From contig JBIKJA010000012.1 in the NCBI GenBank assembly GCA_044361315.1, forward strand, positions 380 to 64,379: a stretch of 64,000 nt of DNA, given 5' to 3'. Position 1 is the stretch's first letter, and the number at the start of each line of letters is the position of its first letter. The notes beneath the pieces were generated by a model. The model did not search any database, had not been told where the DNA came from, and worked only from the letters and a program-made list of their open reading frames with translations. Positions 21,049 through 32,812 of the stretch are shown here, in pieces. Source of the stretch: Crocinitomix sp. GTDB lineage: Bacteria > Bacteroidota > Bacteroidia > Flavobacteriales_D > Crocinitomicaceae. The position numbers and the translations under genes were made by a program.

Positions 21049-21129
21049 TTTTATATTCAATTATCCGAATATAAAAGTAGTCTATTTAAAGGCTGTTTTT
21101 TAGGTCGTTTGAAAGGACTTATGAATGGT

Positions 21130-21696
21130 CTATTGTTGATGATTTATTTCATCCACCGCAAGGGGTGGTTTTTGCTTTGTTAAAACGAGCCCTATAACAA
21201 AGGTAAGAACAGAGAACCAAGCTACGAGATTAACAACCGTTTTGAGGCCATGATAACTCCATTCTGCAATAAAAAAAACGATCAAAAAACTGTTACAAGC
21301 AATCACAATTACCGCAAGAATTTTGATGAATAATCGTTTGTCAATTCCCCAATTAAGAAGCTGAATTTGAACAAAAATAAGGTATGAAATTCCACCAGCT
21401 AATAACCAATTATAACTTCCTAAAAAAGGGATGATATTAAAGCTGCTTAACCCGGTTAAAATTACTAAAACACCTCCAAAAGTTGCGATTAAAAACAAGT
21501 TCCGAGGGGTAGTAGAAGGGGAGTGGTTTTTTAACAAGTAAACACCGGTAATAATCACCGTGAAAGCAATAAGAACAATCAGCAACTTTAGGTTAGCAGC
21601 GCTAAAAAATTCGCCTGCCACACCAATACTTATGGCAAGAATAATCACTAAGACGTAACTTGTGATGGTTAAAATGCCGATTAATTTTTGTTTCAT
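21130..21696 (-). CDS. Hypothetical multi-pass membrane protein
   Basis: About six hydrophobic segments; start at MKQKLIG preferred. Confidence 0.65.
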   Translation of the reverse strand: MKQKLIGILTITSYVLVIILAISIGVAGEFFSAANLKLLIVLIAFTVIITGVYLLKNHSPSTTPRNLFLIATFGGVLVILTGLSSFNIIPFLGSYNWLLAGGISYLIFVQIQLLNWGIDKRLFIKILAVIVIACNSFLIVFFIAEWSYHGLKTVVNLVAWFSVLTFVIGLVLTKQKPPLAVDEINHQQ

Positions 21697-21729
21697 AGTT
21701 AAAAACGCTTCGTTGCTGTAAATATACAC

Positions 21730-23268
21730 TTATTCAAGTAAAGGCCGTATTGGCTTGCGATTAATTTGCCAGGTAAATCCTTTAAAAAAAAGTTCCTTTT
21801 CTGGAATTTGATCGATAGGATAAAAAATACAGGTTGGTTGTTCAAGAAATGAAATTGTTTGAATTTCACCACTTTTGAAGCGGATAAAAATTTCATTGCA
21901 ATCAATGCGATTCATCCCCGACAGGTTTTTTGTTTCATTCCCAAGGCTATCTTTTTGAGTTTCTTCTGGATAATAGAGGGTTTGTGCATTTTGTTCGATG
22001 TGAACTTTACTAATCTTACTTGAATCCAAGGTTGCCGTCATGAATTTTCCTTTGAGTTGGTCGTAATGCACTGAGTCGGATTGATGTTCGGATACAATCA
22101 TGGCATTATGATACATGGTCATTTTGTGAAATTCGTTGTTGTAATAGGTGGTCAAAACAGAATCGGCTGTAAGTTGACTGGTAGTATTCCAAATAATCGG
22201 TTCCTGATGTAATTTTAGTATAGAATCTTTTTCGCTAAAATAAGCCGAATCGCATCGAATAAATAGTTCACCCTTAATGATTTCAACATTGTTTTCTAGG
22301 ATGGATAATTTTAGATCGGTTAAGGTATCTAAAAAATACGAGATTGTGTCGCCACTTAAATACAAGGTGTCAACTTCAGTAAATTGATAAATGCGGGCAT
22401 TTTTTTTCAGAATGACTTCTTCATTGTTTGGCTTCTTTAACATGTAATCGGAGAAAAATTTAACTTTTTCAGTCGAATCATACATCATGACATTATAAAA
22501 ACCTTCGCCAATATCTGTTTTTTGATTGTAAAGTAAACTGTCAGAGTAAAATATTCGGCCAGGTTCGTTAATCGTTGCACCTTTCCATAATTTTACGCGA
22601 TCTTCTTTTGAATAATAAATCCCTTTTCGGCAATCGACACTTGACGAATCAAAAATAATTTTTGTTGGGCCATGAAAGTGAGCACTTGAGGGAATCGTTC
22701 GAAATTCGAGGGTGTCTGAAAAAAGTTCGTATTTAGGATCCTCTACATGGACACTATCTTTAAAATAAAAAGTTTTTGATTTTGAATAATAGTAGCCTTT
22801 TACCGAGGTTAATTTTAATTCAGAATTAATGCTGGTGATTTTGGCGTGATTGGTATAATAGCCAATTGAACGTTTTCCATCGTAATTCATGGAGTCTGTG
22901 AGCATTAAATATTCACTGTCACGAAATCGAACATGGCCTTGTAATTTTGATAAACTGGTTTTACCGTTATATTTTAACGAATCACAAAATAGATTTACGG
23001 TGTCACCTTGGTTGATTTGTACATTTCCGTAGGCATACACAAGGTTATAATCTCTAAAAAACAAGGCAGAATCACAGAAAAGGCGGTTTCTCCCGTTCAT
23101 AAATTCGACATTCCCTTTTGCTACGGTGGTATTTAAATGTTGTATTGAGTTAGTTACGGTCTCGGCAAAAACTAGTCGGATCGTCTCTTTTTGGGCATAA
23201 TTAGCCTTAGGAATGAAAACGGCGCTTAGTAAAAGCGCCGTTAGCAATATGTAAATCCGTTTTCCCAA
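21730..23268 (-). CDS. OstA/LptA-like beta-jellyroll protein
   Basis: Signal peptide; repeated L.CDSA, YAYGNVQI.QGDT, L.TDS beta-strand motifs; directly downstream of purA. Confidence 0.75.
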   Translation of the reverse strand: MGKRIYILLTALLLSAVFIPKANYAQKETIRLVFAETVTNSIQHLNTTVAKGNVEFMNGRNRLFCDSALFFRDYNLVYAYGNVQINQGDTVNLFCDSLKYNGKTSLSKLQGHVRFRDSEYLMLTDSMNYDGKRSIGYYTNHAKITSINSELKLTSVKGYYYSKSKTFYFKDSVHVEDPKYELFSDTLEFRTIPSSAHFHGPTKIIFDSSSVDCRKGIYYSKEDRVKLWKGATINEPGRIFYSDSLLYNQKTDIGEGFYNVMMYDSTEKVKFFSDYMLKKPNNEEVILKKNARIYQFTEVDTLYLSGDTISYFLDTLTDLKLSILENNVEIIKGELFIRCDSAYFSEKDSILKLHQEPIIWNTTSQLTADSVLTTYYNNEFHKMTMYHNAMIVSEHQSDSVHYDQLKGKFMTATLDSSKISKVHIEQNAQTLYYPEETQKDSLGNETKNLSGMNRIDCNEIFIRFKSGEIQTISFLEQPTCIFYPIDQIPEKELFFKGFTWQINRKPIRPLLE

Positions 23269-23269
23269 T

Positions 23270-24580
<1,311 letters not shown>

Positions 24581-24649
24581 TCAAATTTCGATTGAAAAAT
24601 GATGCCGATTCCTTCTTGTGTCTTTTTTTATAAACTGCCTTTAAGAAAT

Positions 24650-24691
24650 AAAAAAAAAACACCGTCTCATTGGAAGTCCAATTTGAAACGG
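24650..24691 (-). terminator. Probable intrinsic terminator after the STAS gene
   Basis: Imperfect stem 24662-24691 followed on the minus strand by a 10-T tract. Confidence 0.55.
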
Positions 24692-24717
24692 GCGTCTCTT
24701 GGTTTTTGAAATTTCTA

Positions 24718-25068
24718 TTAATTTAAATTAAAATTTTCTTCTGCCTCGGCAGTTGAATTTGCAATATTAAGAACTGTATTTAATTTAGTAAGCAAAAGTA
24801 CTTGATTAATTTTTTCAGAGATATTAACAATGTACAGATCACCGCCGTTATTTCTACATTTTGTAAAAATTTTAATGAGTGAATTTATGCCCAAACTATT
24901 TAAAATTTTAATTTCAGCGAGGTTTAAAATCAAGTTTGGTTGATCTTTGACCATTTCAGCTTCTACAACTGCGTGCAATTCGTCAAAATCCACTTCAGAA
25001 AGAGGCGAACCTTGGAGTTTGATTTCACTGCAATTTTTCAGAACTTTTAACGACAATGTTAGGCTCAT
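24718..25068 (-). CDS. STAS-domain anti-sigma factor antagonist
   Basis: [19 protein letters not shown] (phospho-Ser region), GGDLYIVN. Confidence 0.85.
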   Translation of the reverse strand: MSLTLSLKVLKNCSEIKLQGSPLSEVDFDELHAVVEAEMVKDQPNLILNLAEIKILNSLGINSLIKIFTKCRNNGGDLYIVNISEKINQVLLLTKLNTVLNIANSTAEAEENFNLN

Positions 25069-25523
25069 ACTTCCTTTTTGGCTGGTGTTACAATTCTCTC
25101 ACCATAAAAATATAACGAATGGTGGTGTATTTTAATATTAAAAAGTTCTTCGACGGTTGCTTTGATTTTTTCGATACGTGGGTCACAAAATTCGATTACG
25201 TCCCCAGTATTTGTGCAAATAATATGATCGTGTTGCTGAAATCCGTGGGATTTTTCAAATTGTGCGTTATTGCCCCCAAATTGATGTTTTCTGACCAAAT
25301 TTGAATTTAGGAGTAATTCGATAGTATTGTACAGTGTTGCCCGACTAACTCGATAGTTTTTATTTTTCATTTTAGCATAGAGAGACTCCACGTCAAAATG
25401 TCCTTTTTGCGAATAAATTTCGGCGAGTATAGCAAATCTTTCAGGGGTTTTACGGTGCCCTTTTTCTTCAAGAAAGTTACTAAAAATGTCTTTTACGCGG
25501 TCATGTATCAGTTCTTTTTCCAT
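25065..25523 (-). CDS. fur: Fur family transcriptional regulator
   Basis: [33 protein letters not shown]. Confidence 0.88.
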   Translation of the reverse strand: MEKELIHDRVKDIFSNFLEEKGHRKTPERFAILAEIYSQKGHFDVESLYAKMKNKNYRVSRATLYNTIELLLNSNLVRKHQFGGNNAQFEKSHGFQQHDHIICTNTGDVIEFCDPRIEKIKATVEELFNIKIHHHSLYFYGERIVTPAKKEV

Positions 25524-25616
25524 ACTGGAATTATAGCTGTGTAAAGATAGCCATTTTTCGTAAATTGAAGATAAGCATCGAGTTTTATTTAATTTGTATC
25601 GATTTATATCGATGTT

Positions 25617-27833
25617 TTAAACTCGATCAACGGTTTTCACACCATTAATTTGTTCAAATTTTAAAATCAACTCGTCTAAATGTTCTGTATCAAATACATA
25701 TAACATGATTTTACCTTCAAATACGCCGTCATTTGTTTCGAAACTAATTGACTTCATGTTGATTTCGTGTTGCTTTGAAATAATGTTTGTGATACTGTTT
25801 ACAATCCCTATGTCATCAATACCGGTAATTATTAATCCGCACAAACGTTCGCGGATCCGGTCGCTTTTCCAAGTCGCTCGTAAAACGCGATAAGCGTAAT
25901 TAGACATCAATTGGGTTGCATTCGGACAATTGGATCGATGAATTTTTATTCCCTCCGAAACTGTAATAAAGCCAAATACTCGATCGCCAGGGATTGGATT
26001 ACAACAATTTGCGAGTTTGTATTCAAATTCTTTAAAGTCATCGCCAATCACAATGGTATCTTTTTTAATATCAACGCCGGCAATTATTTTTTTGTAATCT
26101 ATTTGTTGCGTCTCGGTTTTGATGGCTTTTGGCGCAATAAAATTTTTGTTTTCAATTTTTAATTCTTTTAAGCGGGATAAGTTGATTTTACCTTTAGCAA
26201 TTTGGTAATACAACTCCATGGTGCCTATGATGCCAAAGAGTTTTTCGATAATGTGAATATTCTCTCCTAAAAAATTAACCTTCATTTGGTTAAGTTTCCG
26301 TTTCAAGATTTCTTTCCCGTCAGCAGCAATTCGTTTTTGCTCCTCTTTAAGTGCAGTATTAATCTTAGATTTAGCACGTGCGGTCGCCACAAATTTTAAC
26401 CAATCCTCTTTTGGTTTTTGCTTTTTAGAACGCAAAATCTCTACCTGGTCGCCACTTTTAAGCACGTGACTGAGCGGCATCAATTTCCCATTTACTTTTG
26501 CTCCGATACAAGACAAGCCAATGTCTGTATGAATGTCGAAAGCAAAATCGAGGGTGGTGGAGTTGGTTGGTAATACCCTTAAATCTCCTTTTGGTGTAAA
26601 AATGTAAATTTCGTCACTAAATAAATTGAGCTTAAATTCATTGATAAATTCTTCGGCGTCGGTATCGGGATTTTCAAGTAGATCTCTGATTTCGCCTACC
26701 CAACGGTCGAATGTGCTTTCAATGGTTCTATTTTCTTTGTATTTCCAATGCGCCGCGTAGCCCATTTCAGCGACCTCATCCATTCGTTTGCTTCGAATTT
26801 GCACCTCCACCCATTTTCCGGAAGGACTCATAACGGTGGTGTGCAACGATTCGTATCCATTGGCTTTTGGAATTGAAATCCAATCTCTTAAACGATCAGG
26901 ATTTGGTTGATAAAAATCGGTGACAATACTGTAGATTTTCCAAGCATCCGATTTTTCTTTTTCAATTGGGGTATCGATAATAATACGAATAGCAAAAATG
27001 TCGTAAATTTCATCGAAGGTGACATTTTTAGTATGAATTTTATTAAAAATAGACGGAATACTTTTTGTTCGTGCTTTGATGCTAAAATCATACCCTTCAC
27101 GTTCCATCGCAATTCGAATAGGGTGGGTGAAGTGTCGAATAAAACGATTTCTGACTGCAGCTGTTTTTTCGAGTTTTTTTTCTAATTGCTCATAAATAGC
27201 AGGTTCTTTGTATTTAAAGATAATGTCTTCAAATTCATTTTTGATAGCGTTAAATCCAAACCGATGGGCAAGGGGAGCATAAAGAAATTCAGTTTCAGAA
27301 GCAATCTTTAATTGTTTATCTGGGCGCATCGATTGAAGGGTTCGCATATTGTGCAACCGATCAGCGATTTTAATAAATGCCACCCTTAAATCGTCTGAAA
27401 TAGTGAGAATTAATTTTCTGAAATTCTCTGCTTGGATCGAAATATTATCATCAAATACCTCAGGGATTTTTGTCAATCCATTGATAATGGTTCGCGTTTT
27501 TAATCCAAATAATTCCTCAATATCGTGTAATGTAATGTGCGTGTCTTCAACGGTATCGTGCAAAAGCGCTGCGACAATTGCTGTGGTACCTAGCCCCATT
27601 TCTTCGGCACAAATTCGTGCCACTGCAATCGGGTGAAGTATATACGGTTCTCCCGATTTTCGTCGCATATCTTTGTGCGCATCTACTGCCACATGAAAAG
27701 CTTTCCGAATCAAACGGGTGTCTTTCCGATTTCGAATTTGTTTACTCGCTCTCAATAATCCTCTGTACGCATTTAAAATTTCAATGCGTTCTTGTTCAAG
27801 ATCAATCTGTTCAATTTTTTGTTCCCCTTGCAT
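25617..27833 (-). CDS. rel: Bifunctional (p)ppGpp synthetase/hydrolase (RelA/SpoT)
   Basis: HD hydrolase (LLHDTVED), ADRLHNMRTL, synthetase (NGYESLHTTV, EVQIR), TGS and ACT domains. Confidence 0.95.
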   Translation of the reverse strand: MQGEQKIEQIDLEQERIEILNAYRGLLRASKQIRNRKDTRLIRKAFHVAVDAHKDMRRKSGEPYILHPIAVARICAEEMGLGTTAIVAALLHDTVEDTHITLHDIEELFGLKTRTIINGLTKIPEVFDDNISIQAENFRKLILTISDDLRVAFIKIADRLHNMRTLQSMRPDKQLKIASETEFLYAPLAHRFGFNAIKNEFEDIIFKYKEPAIYEQLEKKLEKTAAVRNRFIRHFTHPIRIAMEREGYDFSIKARTKSIPSIFNKIHTKNVTFDEIYDIFAIRIIIDTPIEKEKSDAWKIYSIVTDFYQPNPDRLRDWISIPKANGYESLHTTVMSPSGKWVEVQIRSKRMDEVAEMGYAAHWKYKENRTIESTFDRWVGEIRDLLENPDTDAEEFINEFKLNLFSDEIYIFTPKGDLRVLPTNSTTLDFAFDIHTDIGLSCIGAKVNGKLMPLSHVLKSGDQVEILRSKKQKPKEDWLKFVATARAKSKINTALKEEQKRIAADGKEILKRKLNQMKVNFLGENIHIIEKLFGIIGTMELYYQIAKGKINLSRLKELKIENKNFIAPKAIKTETQQIDYKKIIAGVDIKKDTIVIGDDFKEFEYKLANCCNPIPGDRVFGFITVSEGIKIHRSNCPNATQLMSNYAYRVLRATWKSDRIRERLCGLIITGIDDIGIVNSITNIISKQHEINMKSISFETNDGVFEGKIMLYVFDTEHLDELILKFEQINGVKTVDRV

Positions 27834-27834
27834 T

Positions 27835-29181
27835 TTAATAAAATCTCGATCCTACATATTTCCCATTCGCGTCATAGTCTTTCCATTCGCCAAAAGCTTC
27901 GCCATTTCGGTATTGCCCTTCTTCACGTTTTGCACCATTTTGATAATAAAACAACCATTTCCCACTATGTAGAGCATTTGTCCAATAGCCTGTCTCTTTT
28001 AATTTTCCATTTTCGTAATAGTACATCCACTCTCCATTTTGAACTCCTTCTAACCAATTTCCTTGTGTTTTTAATTTACCGTTGGGGTGATAATAAAGCC
28101 AAACACCATTTTGAATACCATTTGTCCAAAAACCTTCTTCGTTCAATATGCCATTTTCATCGTAATAACTCCATTTGCCTGTTTTATATCCGTCTTTCCA
28201 ATCTCCAGTTTGACTGAGTTTTCCATTTTCGTGGTAGATTTTCCAAGGGCCAATTTTTTCTCCTTTTTCATTATATGCGCCTTCTTCTTTGATATTTCCA
28301 TTTTGATGATAATAAATCCATTTCCCTATAAAAAAACCATTGCCACTGGACCCTTCTTGTTCAATTTTACCATTTTCAAAATAATAGAACCAAACTCCTA
28401 ATTTAACTCCATTTTCCCACCTTCCTTTTTCGGCAACAAAGCCATTTTCATAATAATAAGTCCATTCGCCAATATGGTGGCCATCCAACCATCGTCCAAC
28501 TTCTTTAATCTTTCCATTAGGATAATAATATTCCCACATCCCTTCTTGATTTCCAGCCTTCAATTCACCTCGCTCAGTCATTTTTCCTAATTCATCGTAA
28601 TAAGTCCAAAGGCCGTTTTGCACACCATTAACCCAAGTACCAATTTTTTTTAGTGTCCCATCAGTATAATAAAATTTCCAAACTCCGTGTTTCAAATTTT
28701 TTGACCATTCGCCCAATTCTTGAATTTGACCATCTTCATAATAATAAATCCAAGCCCCAGTTTGTTCTCCATCTAAAAAACTTCCTTCGTTTTGTATTCT
28801 GCCATCTCGGTAATAATACATCCAAATCCCTGATTCTTTGCCGCTTTCATAATTTCCGGTGCTGTAGATTTTTCCATTGTCGTGATACGACGTCCATGTT
28901 TCCGTTTTTTTTCCATCTACATATAAACCAGATTGAAATAAGCTTCCGTTTTCATAAAACGATTCCCAAATTTCGATTTTATTACCATCTTTGAATTTTC
29001 CTGTTGAGGATATTTGGCCATTTTCGTAATAAAAAATCCATTTCCCAACCTCTTTTTGATTTTTGAACTTGCCTATTTCTTGTAGTTGGCCGCTCGAATA
29101 ATAAGCTTTGTGTTTTTGGGCATAGGAAAGGTTTAAACTGCCAAAAACAAGTAGAAATGTCAGAATTCGAAACATAGTCAT
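27835..29181 (-). CDS. Secreted protein of ~17 tandem MORN-variant (YwqK-like) 24-aa repeats
   Basis: Signal peptide; near-perfect 24-aa periodicity G.W.YY..NG.....G.... Confidence 0.85.
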   Translation of the reverse strand: MTMFRILTFLLVFGSLNLSYAQKHKAYYSSGQLQEIGKFKNQKEVGKWIFYYENGQISSTGKFKDGNKIEIWESFYENGSLFQSGLYVDGKKTETWTSYHDNGKIYSTGNYESGKESGIWMYYYRDGRIQNEGSFLDGEQTGAWIYYYEDGQIQELGEWSKNLKHGVWKFYYTDGTLKKIGTWVNGVQNGLWTYYDELGKMTERGELKAGNQEGMWEYYYPNGKIKEVGRWLDGHHIGEWTYYYENGFVAEKGRWENGVKLGVWFYYFENGKIEQEGSSGNGFFIGKWIYYHQNGNIKEEGAYNEKGEKIGPWKIYHENGKLSQTGDWKDGYKTGKWSYYDENGILNEEGFWTNGIQNGVWLYYHPNGKLKTQGNWLEGVQNGEWMYYYENGKLKETGYWTNALHSGKWLFYYQNGAKREEGQYRNGEAFGEWKDYDANGKYVGSRFY

Positions 29182-29293
29182 TAATTTAATTTTGTACTTC
29201 TGTAAATAATATGGAAAAGTATTTAAAATAGCAAGAATTAAATCATTTGATAATGCTTATTTTTAACAAATTTAAAGTTAATAAACATATCTT

Positions 29294-29863
29294 TTGCAAA
29301 CGATCAAAAATAAAATATGGCTAGGTTGGTGCGCGTTTTTGTTTGTTGTTTTTCATTTTACTTGTCTCTTTTTTAGTGCTTTACCCTCAAGGTTTTCAAA
29401 TCAAAAAATGAAGCAAGTTGCAGATTTTTATATCGAACCGGTTTTTTCACAATCGTGGGGAATGTTTGTTCCAACGCCTATCATTGATGGCCATGTGGAA
29501 ATTAAATTTTATTTTGAACAAGATTCGACTGATTGGATTGCTCCGACTGAAGATGCAAGGAAAATTCATTCATTTTTTCCCGGCACGTGGAATGAAGAAT
29601 TGATTATTGGAGAATCGAATCTTATTTATTATTTAAATGTTGATTTGGTTGAAATGGGTTGGGAAATGGGAGAACCTTTTCCGGATGAATTAATGGAGAG
29701 ATTTCACAAAGGGTATAGTTTCTTTAAAATTAAATATTACATCCAAGGTTATGGTCGGTATTTGTTCGATAGAACTCCTTCGAAAGCTCTTTTTAGATGT
29801 TATTTAAGGGATGTTGTGGCTAAAAAAAGCGGATTAGTTGAACTTCCAATGTTTGAGTTTTGA
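29294..29863 (+). CDS. DUF5819 / SdpA-like protein
   Basis: N-terminal TM helix (FVVFHF) then YIEPVFSQSWGMFVPTP, like the family Q.W.LFAP motif. TTG start uncertain. Confidence 0.65.
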   Translation: MQTIKNKIWLGWCAFLFVVFHFTCLFFSALPSRFSNQKMKQVADFYIEPVFSQSWGMFVPTPIIDGHVEIKFYFEQDSTDWIAPTEDARKIHSFFPGTWNEELIIGESNLIYYLNVDLVEMGWEMGEPFPDELMERFHKGYSFFKIKYYIQGYGRYLFDRTPSKALFRCYLRDVVAKKSGLVELPMFEF

Positions 29864-30804
29864 TGTTAAAAAAGATTCCGCAAATATTTCTCCGACCTTT
29901 TCCTTTTTGGGATCAGATTGATTTTTTTCGAAAGACACTCTATCTATTTCTTTTAATTAATGCATTGATTTTATTACCTATCGTAAATGAAATTTATGGG
30001 TATCATGGAATAATTGGAGGTGTTGGTTGGGATTTGGCAGAACCTTGGTACAAAATGGGGAGCCATGCTTTTTTGTTTTTCCTCAATCACCCTATCAACA
30101 GTGGTCATCCTTGGATTATGTATGGATTTGTCATCGGGCAAATCCTATCACTTGTTGCAGGTATATTTAATTTTTACCCAAAACTGGCTTCTGTTTTCGT
30201 TTACTTTTTTACTGCAAATTTATTTAATCGGGCATATTTGGTTTTTACGGGTGGAGAAGTGTTGATATCATTATTACTTTTTTACTTGATGTTTATCCAT
30301 AAAAGTAATTCGAAAACGCCACAAAATGAAGTTCCAATTTTCAGCGAAATACAAACGGTTTTAAATAATACGTTTTATTGGATCTTATTGCTTCAAGTGG
30401 TGGCTTTATACTTTTTTTCGATACTTTACAAACTGACCGATCCACTTTGGGTAAACGGTACTGCCTTGATGTATATTTCTGAACTTAGTTTTTTTTCAGG
30501 GGATACAATGTCGTATCTTTTTTCTGATAACCTATTTATCTCTCAGTTATTTACCTATTTAGTTTTGTTTTACCAAGGATTATTTCCAATATTAGTTTGG
30601 GTGAAACGAATCAAAATCCCATACTTACTACTCGGAGTTGCGATTCATTTGGGAATTGCTTGGTGGATGGGGATTTTCACCTTTGGAATAACCATGTGCA
30701 TTTCATATCTATTGTTTTTGACACCTGCTCAAATCGTTAAATTAAAAGGGTTTTTGTCAAAAAATTGGAGTCGGTTATTCTTTAAAAGAAGCAGATCCGA
30801 ATAA
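29863..30804 (+). CDS. HTTM-domain membrane protein (SdpB-like / vitamin K-dependent carboxylase-like)
   Basis: Multi-TM; GGE, QVVALYFFS..YK..DPLW.NGTA, GVAIHLGIAW.MG..TF; TGATG coupling to the upstream gene. Confidence 0.8.
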   Translation: MLKKIPQIFLRPFPFWDQIDFFRKTLYLFLLINALILLPIVNEIYGYHGIIGGVGWDLAEPWYKMGSHAFLFFLNHPINSGHPWIMYGFVIGQILSLVAGIFNFYPKLASVFVYFFTANLFNRAYLVFTGGEVLISLLLFYLMFIHKSNSKTPQNEVPIFSEIQTVLNNTFYWILLLQVVALYFFSILYKLTDPLWVNGTALMYISELSFFSGDTMSYLFSDNLFISQLFTYLVLFYQGLFPILVWVKRIKIPYLLLGVAIHLGIAWWMGIFTFGITMCISYLLFLTPAQIVKLKGFLSKNWSRLFFKRSRSE

Positions 30805-31731
30805 TTACATCGGCTTAAACCGTTTGACTTGAATTAGTTCGATGTCAAATACCAAAGTAGAGAATGGTTCGATTGGTCCACTTCCTTTATCTCCATAAGC
30901 CAAATTAAATGGAATAAAAAACCTACTGCTTCCGCCTTCTTTCATCAACATTAAACCTTCTTGCCAACCTGGTATCACACCCATTAAGGTCATTTGCGCA
31001 GGAATTCCAGAAGGAATTGTTGATTCGAAAGTACGGCCATCTATAAAACGACCTGTATAATGAACCCGCACGCTATCGGTTAAATTTGGTTTAATTCCAT
31101 TGCCTTCTTTAATCACCTCGTATTGAAGACCACTTTCAGTGACAATTATTCCAGGATTTTCTTTATTGTTATCTAAGAAACTCTGCCCCATTAATTCGTT
31201 CATTTCCATATAATAATCCGAAACTTCTTTGCGTGCTTCAACCAAGGACAAAGAACTTTGTCGATTGTGCATGCCGTCTTGTAGCCCTTTCAACAATATA
31301 TCAATCTCCATTTTCTGATCAATTCCTCGACCAACTAATGATGCCACTAAGGTTTGACCTTCAATTAAGCCGATCGCATAACTTGCATCCGATTTGGACA
31401 CAAATTCTTCACTTACTCCGCCATTTTCAATTAAATATAAATCTAAAATACTGTCTACTGCTGAAAGTTCAATTTTGAGTTTTCCATCTCCTAAATAATC
31501 CAAAATCCCGCTTTCAACATTTAACATGTCAAATTTACCAGCAGTTTGTTCGCCGTTATAAACTTGTTGTAACGTAAATCCATTGTCCAAACCAATTGCG
31601 TAGCTAATTTTTTCTTCAAAACTTTTAAATTTAATTCCTTTATCAACAAGAATTTCTTTCTCAGCAGGACGGTCTTGGCCACAAGACAAAAAAACGAAGC
31701 CTACAAATAAAAATTGAAAATAACGCACCAT
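30805..31731 (-). CDS. FKBP-type peptidyl-prolyl isomerase lipoprotein with two N-terminal dimerisation-type repeats
   Basis: FLSC lipobox; SYAIG occurs twice; TESGLQYEV, VHYTG, VIPGWQEGL, LAYG. Confidence 0.85.
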   Translation of the reverse strand: MVRYFQFLFVGFVFLSCGQDRPAEKEILVDKGIKFKSFEEKISYAIGLDNGFTLQQVYNGEQTAGKFDMLNVESGILDYLGDGKLKIELSAVDSILDLYLIENGGVSEEFVSKSDASYAIGLIEGQTLVASLVGRGIDQKMEIDILLKGLQDGMHNRQSSLSLVEARKEVSDYYMEMNELMGQSFLDNNKENPGIIVTESGLQYEVIKEGNGIKPNLTDSVRVHYTGRFIDGRTFESTIPSGIPAQMTLMGVIPGWQEGLMLMKEGGSSRFFIPFNLAYGDKGSGPIEPFSTLVFDIELIQVKRFKPM

Positions 31732-32330
31732 TAATTAAAAGAAATAAGTTCAACCTCAAAGATCAACGCCATATAAGGTTTAATTGGGCCTCCTGGATGT
31801 GGTGTAGCACCATAAGCCAAATCATGTGGAATATATAAACGCCATTTTGAACCTGAAGGCATTAATTGGAGGGCTTCAGTCCAGCCTTTTATTACTTGAG
31901 TGACACCAAATGTTGCAGGTTCACCTCGGCTAACACTGCTGTCAAAAACAGTTCCATCGGTTAGTGTACCATGATAATGTACGGTTACTTCAGAAGAAGG
32001 ACTTGGTTTGTCGCCATTCCCTTGTTCGATAATTTCGTATTGTAAACCAGAAGGAAGTGCGACCACCTCTGAACGTTTTGAATTTGATGAAAGAAATTGT
32101 TCACCAGCATCTTTAAATTCAGCATAAACTAGTGAATTCATGGCGTCAACATAAGCACCAATTTTACTATTTGCTTCTTGTGGTGTAAATTTTAAGGGCT
32201 TGTTTTGAAAGGTCGCTTCAATTCCTTCTAAAAAACTAGCTAAATCTAGTTTATCTAAATTTTGCTCTTGAAGGCTGTGACCTATACTCATTCCGACGCC
32301 GTAACTAGCATCTTTTCTTAATTGATCCAT
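31731..32330 (-). CDS. FKBP-type peptidyl-prolyl isomerase (FklB-like)
   Basis: ASYGVG, LPSGLQYEI, VHYHGTL.DG.VFDSS, VIKGWTEAL. Confidence 0.92.
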   Translation of the reverse strand: MDQLRKDASYGVGMSIGHSLQEQNLDKLDLASFLEGIEATFQNKPLKFTPQEANSKIGAYVDAMNSLVYAEFKDAGEQFLSSNSKRSEVVALPSGLQYEIIEQGNGDKPSPSSEVTVHYHGTLTDGTVFDSSVSRGEPATFGVTQVIKGWTEALQLMPSGSKWRLYIPHDLAYGATPHPGGPIKPYMALIFEVELISFN

Positions 32331-32389
32331 GATTTTATTTTTTGCTAAGATACGATAAAACTAAAATGTGAAGAAGTTTTTACAGCAGG

Positions 32390-32806
32390 TTATTTTTGTT
32401 CCAAGACAAAGAAAGCAGTTCGTCGATTTCTTTGATGCGCCACTTCGCGTTCAGCTTTGGTTGCTAAATCAGCGATGTATTCAATGGTCATAATTTCAAC
32501 CACACCTGCTTCGTTTGTGATTTCCGCCGGCATTGTTTCTCCATAGCCTTTTGGTTTTAATCGTTCGATAGGAATGTGGTGTTCCACCAAATAATCGACA
32601 ACACTTTGTGCTCTTCTTTCAGATAATTTTAAGTTGTAATCGTCGTTTCCTCGCTGATCCGTGTGTGATCGGATTTCAATCACCAAGTTATCGTTTAATT
32701 CTAAAAATTCGATAAGGTTTTCTAAAATCAACATCGACTCAGGACGAAGGTTTGCGCTATCAAAGTCGTATTCAATCCCCTCGATTGTGATCTCTCCTTT
32801 CGGAAT
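32390..32806 (-). pseudogene. 3' fragment of an OmpA-family (PorE-like) gene
   Basis: The frame reads IPKGEITIEGIEYDFDSANLRPES...SHTDQRG...NLKLSERRAQSVV...GYGE...NRRT. There is no signal peptide or N-terminal region; the sequence runs straight into an opposite-strand fragment. Confidence 0.75.
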
Positions 32807-32812
32807 TTTTTC

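Noticed and set aside
24691-24700. AGAGACGCCC (minus strand) matching one arm of the RAYT REP
   Set aside because: Only a single 10-nt arm, with no GTAG and no second arm; it adjoins an ordinary terminator.
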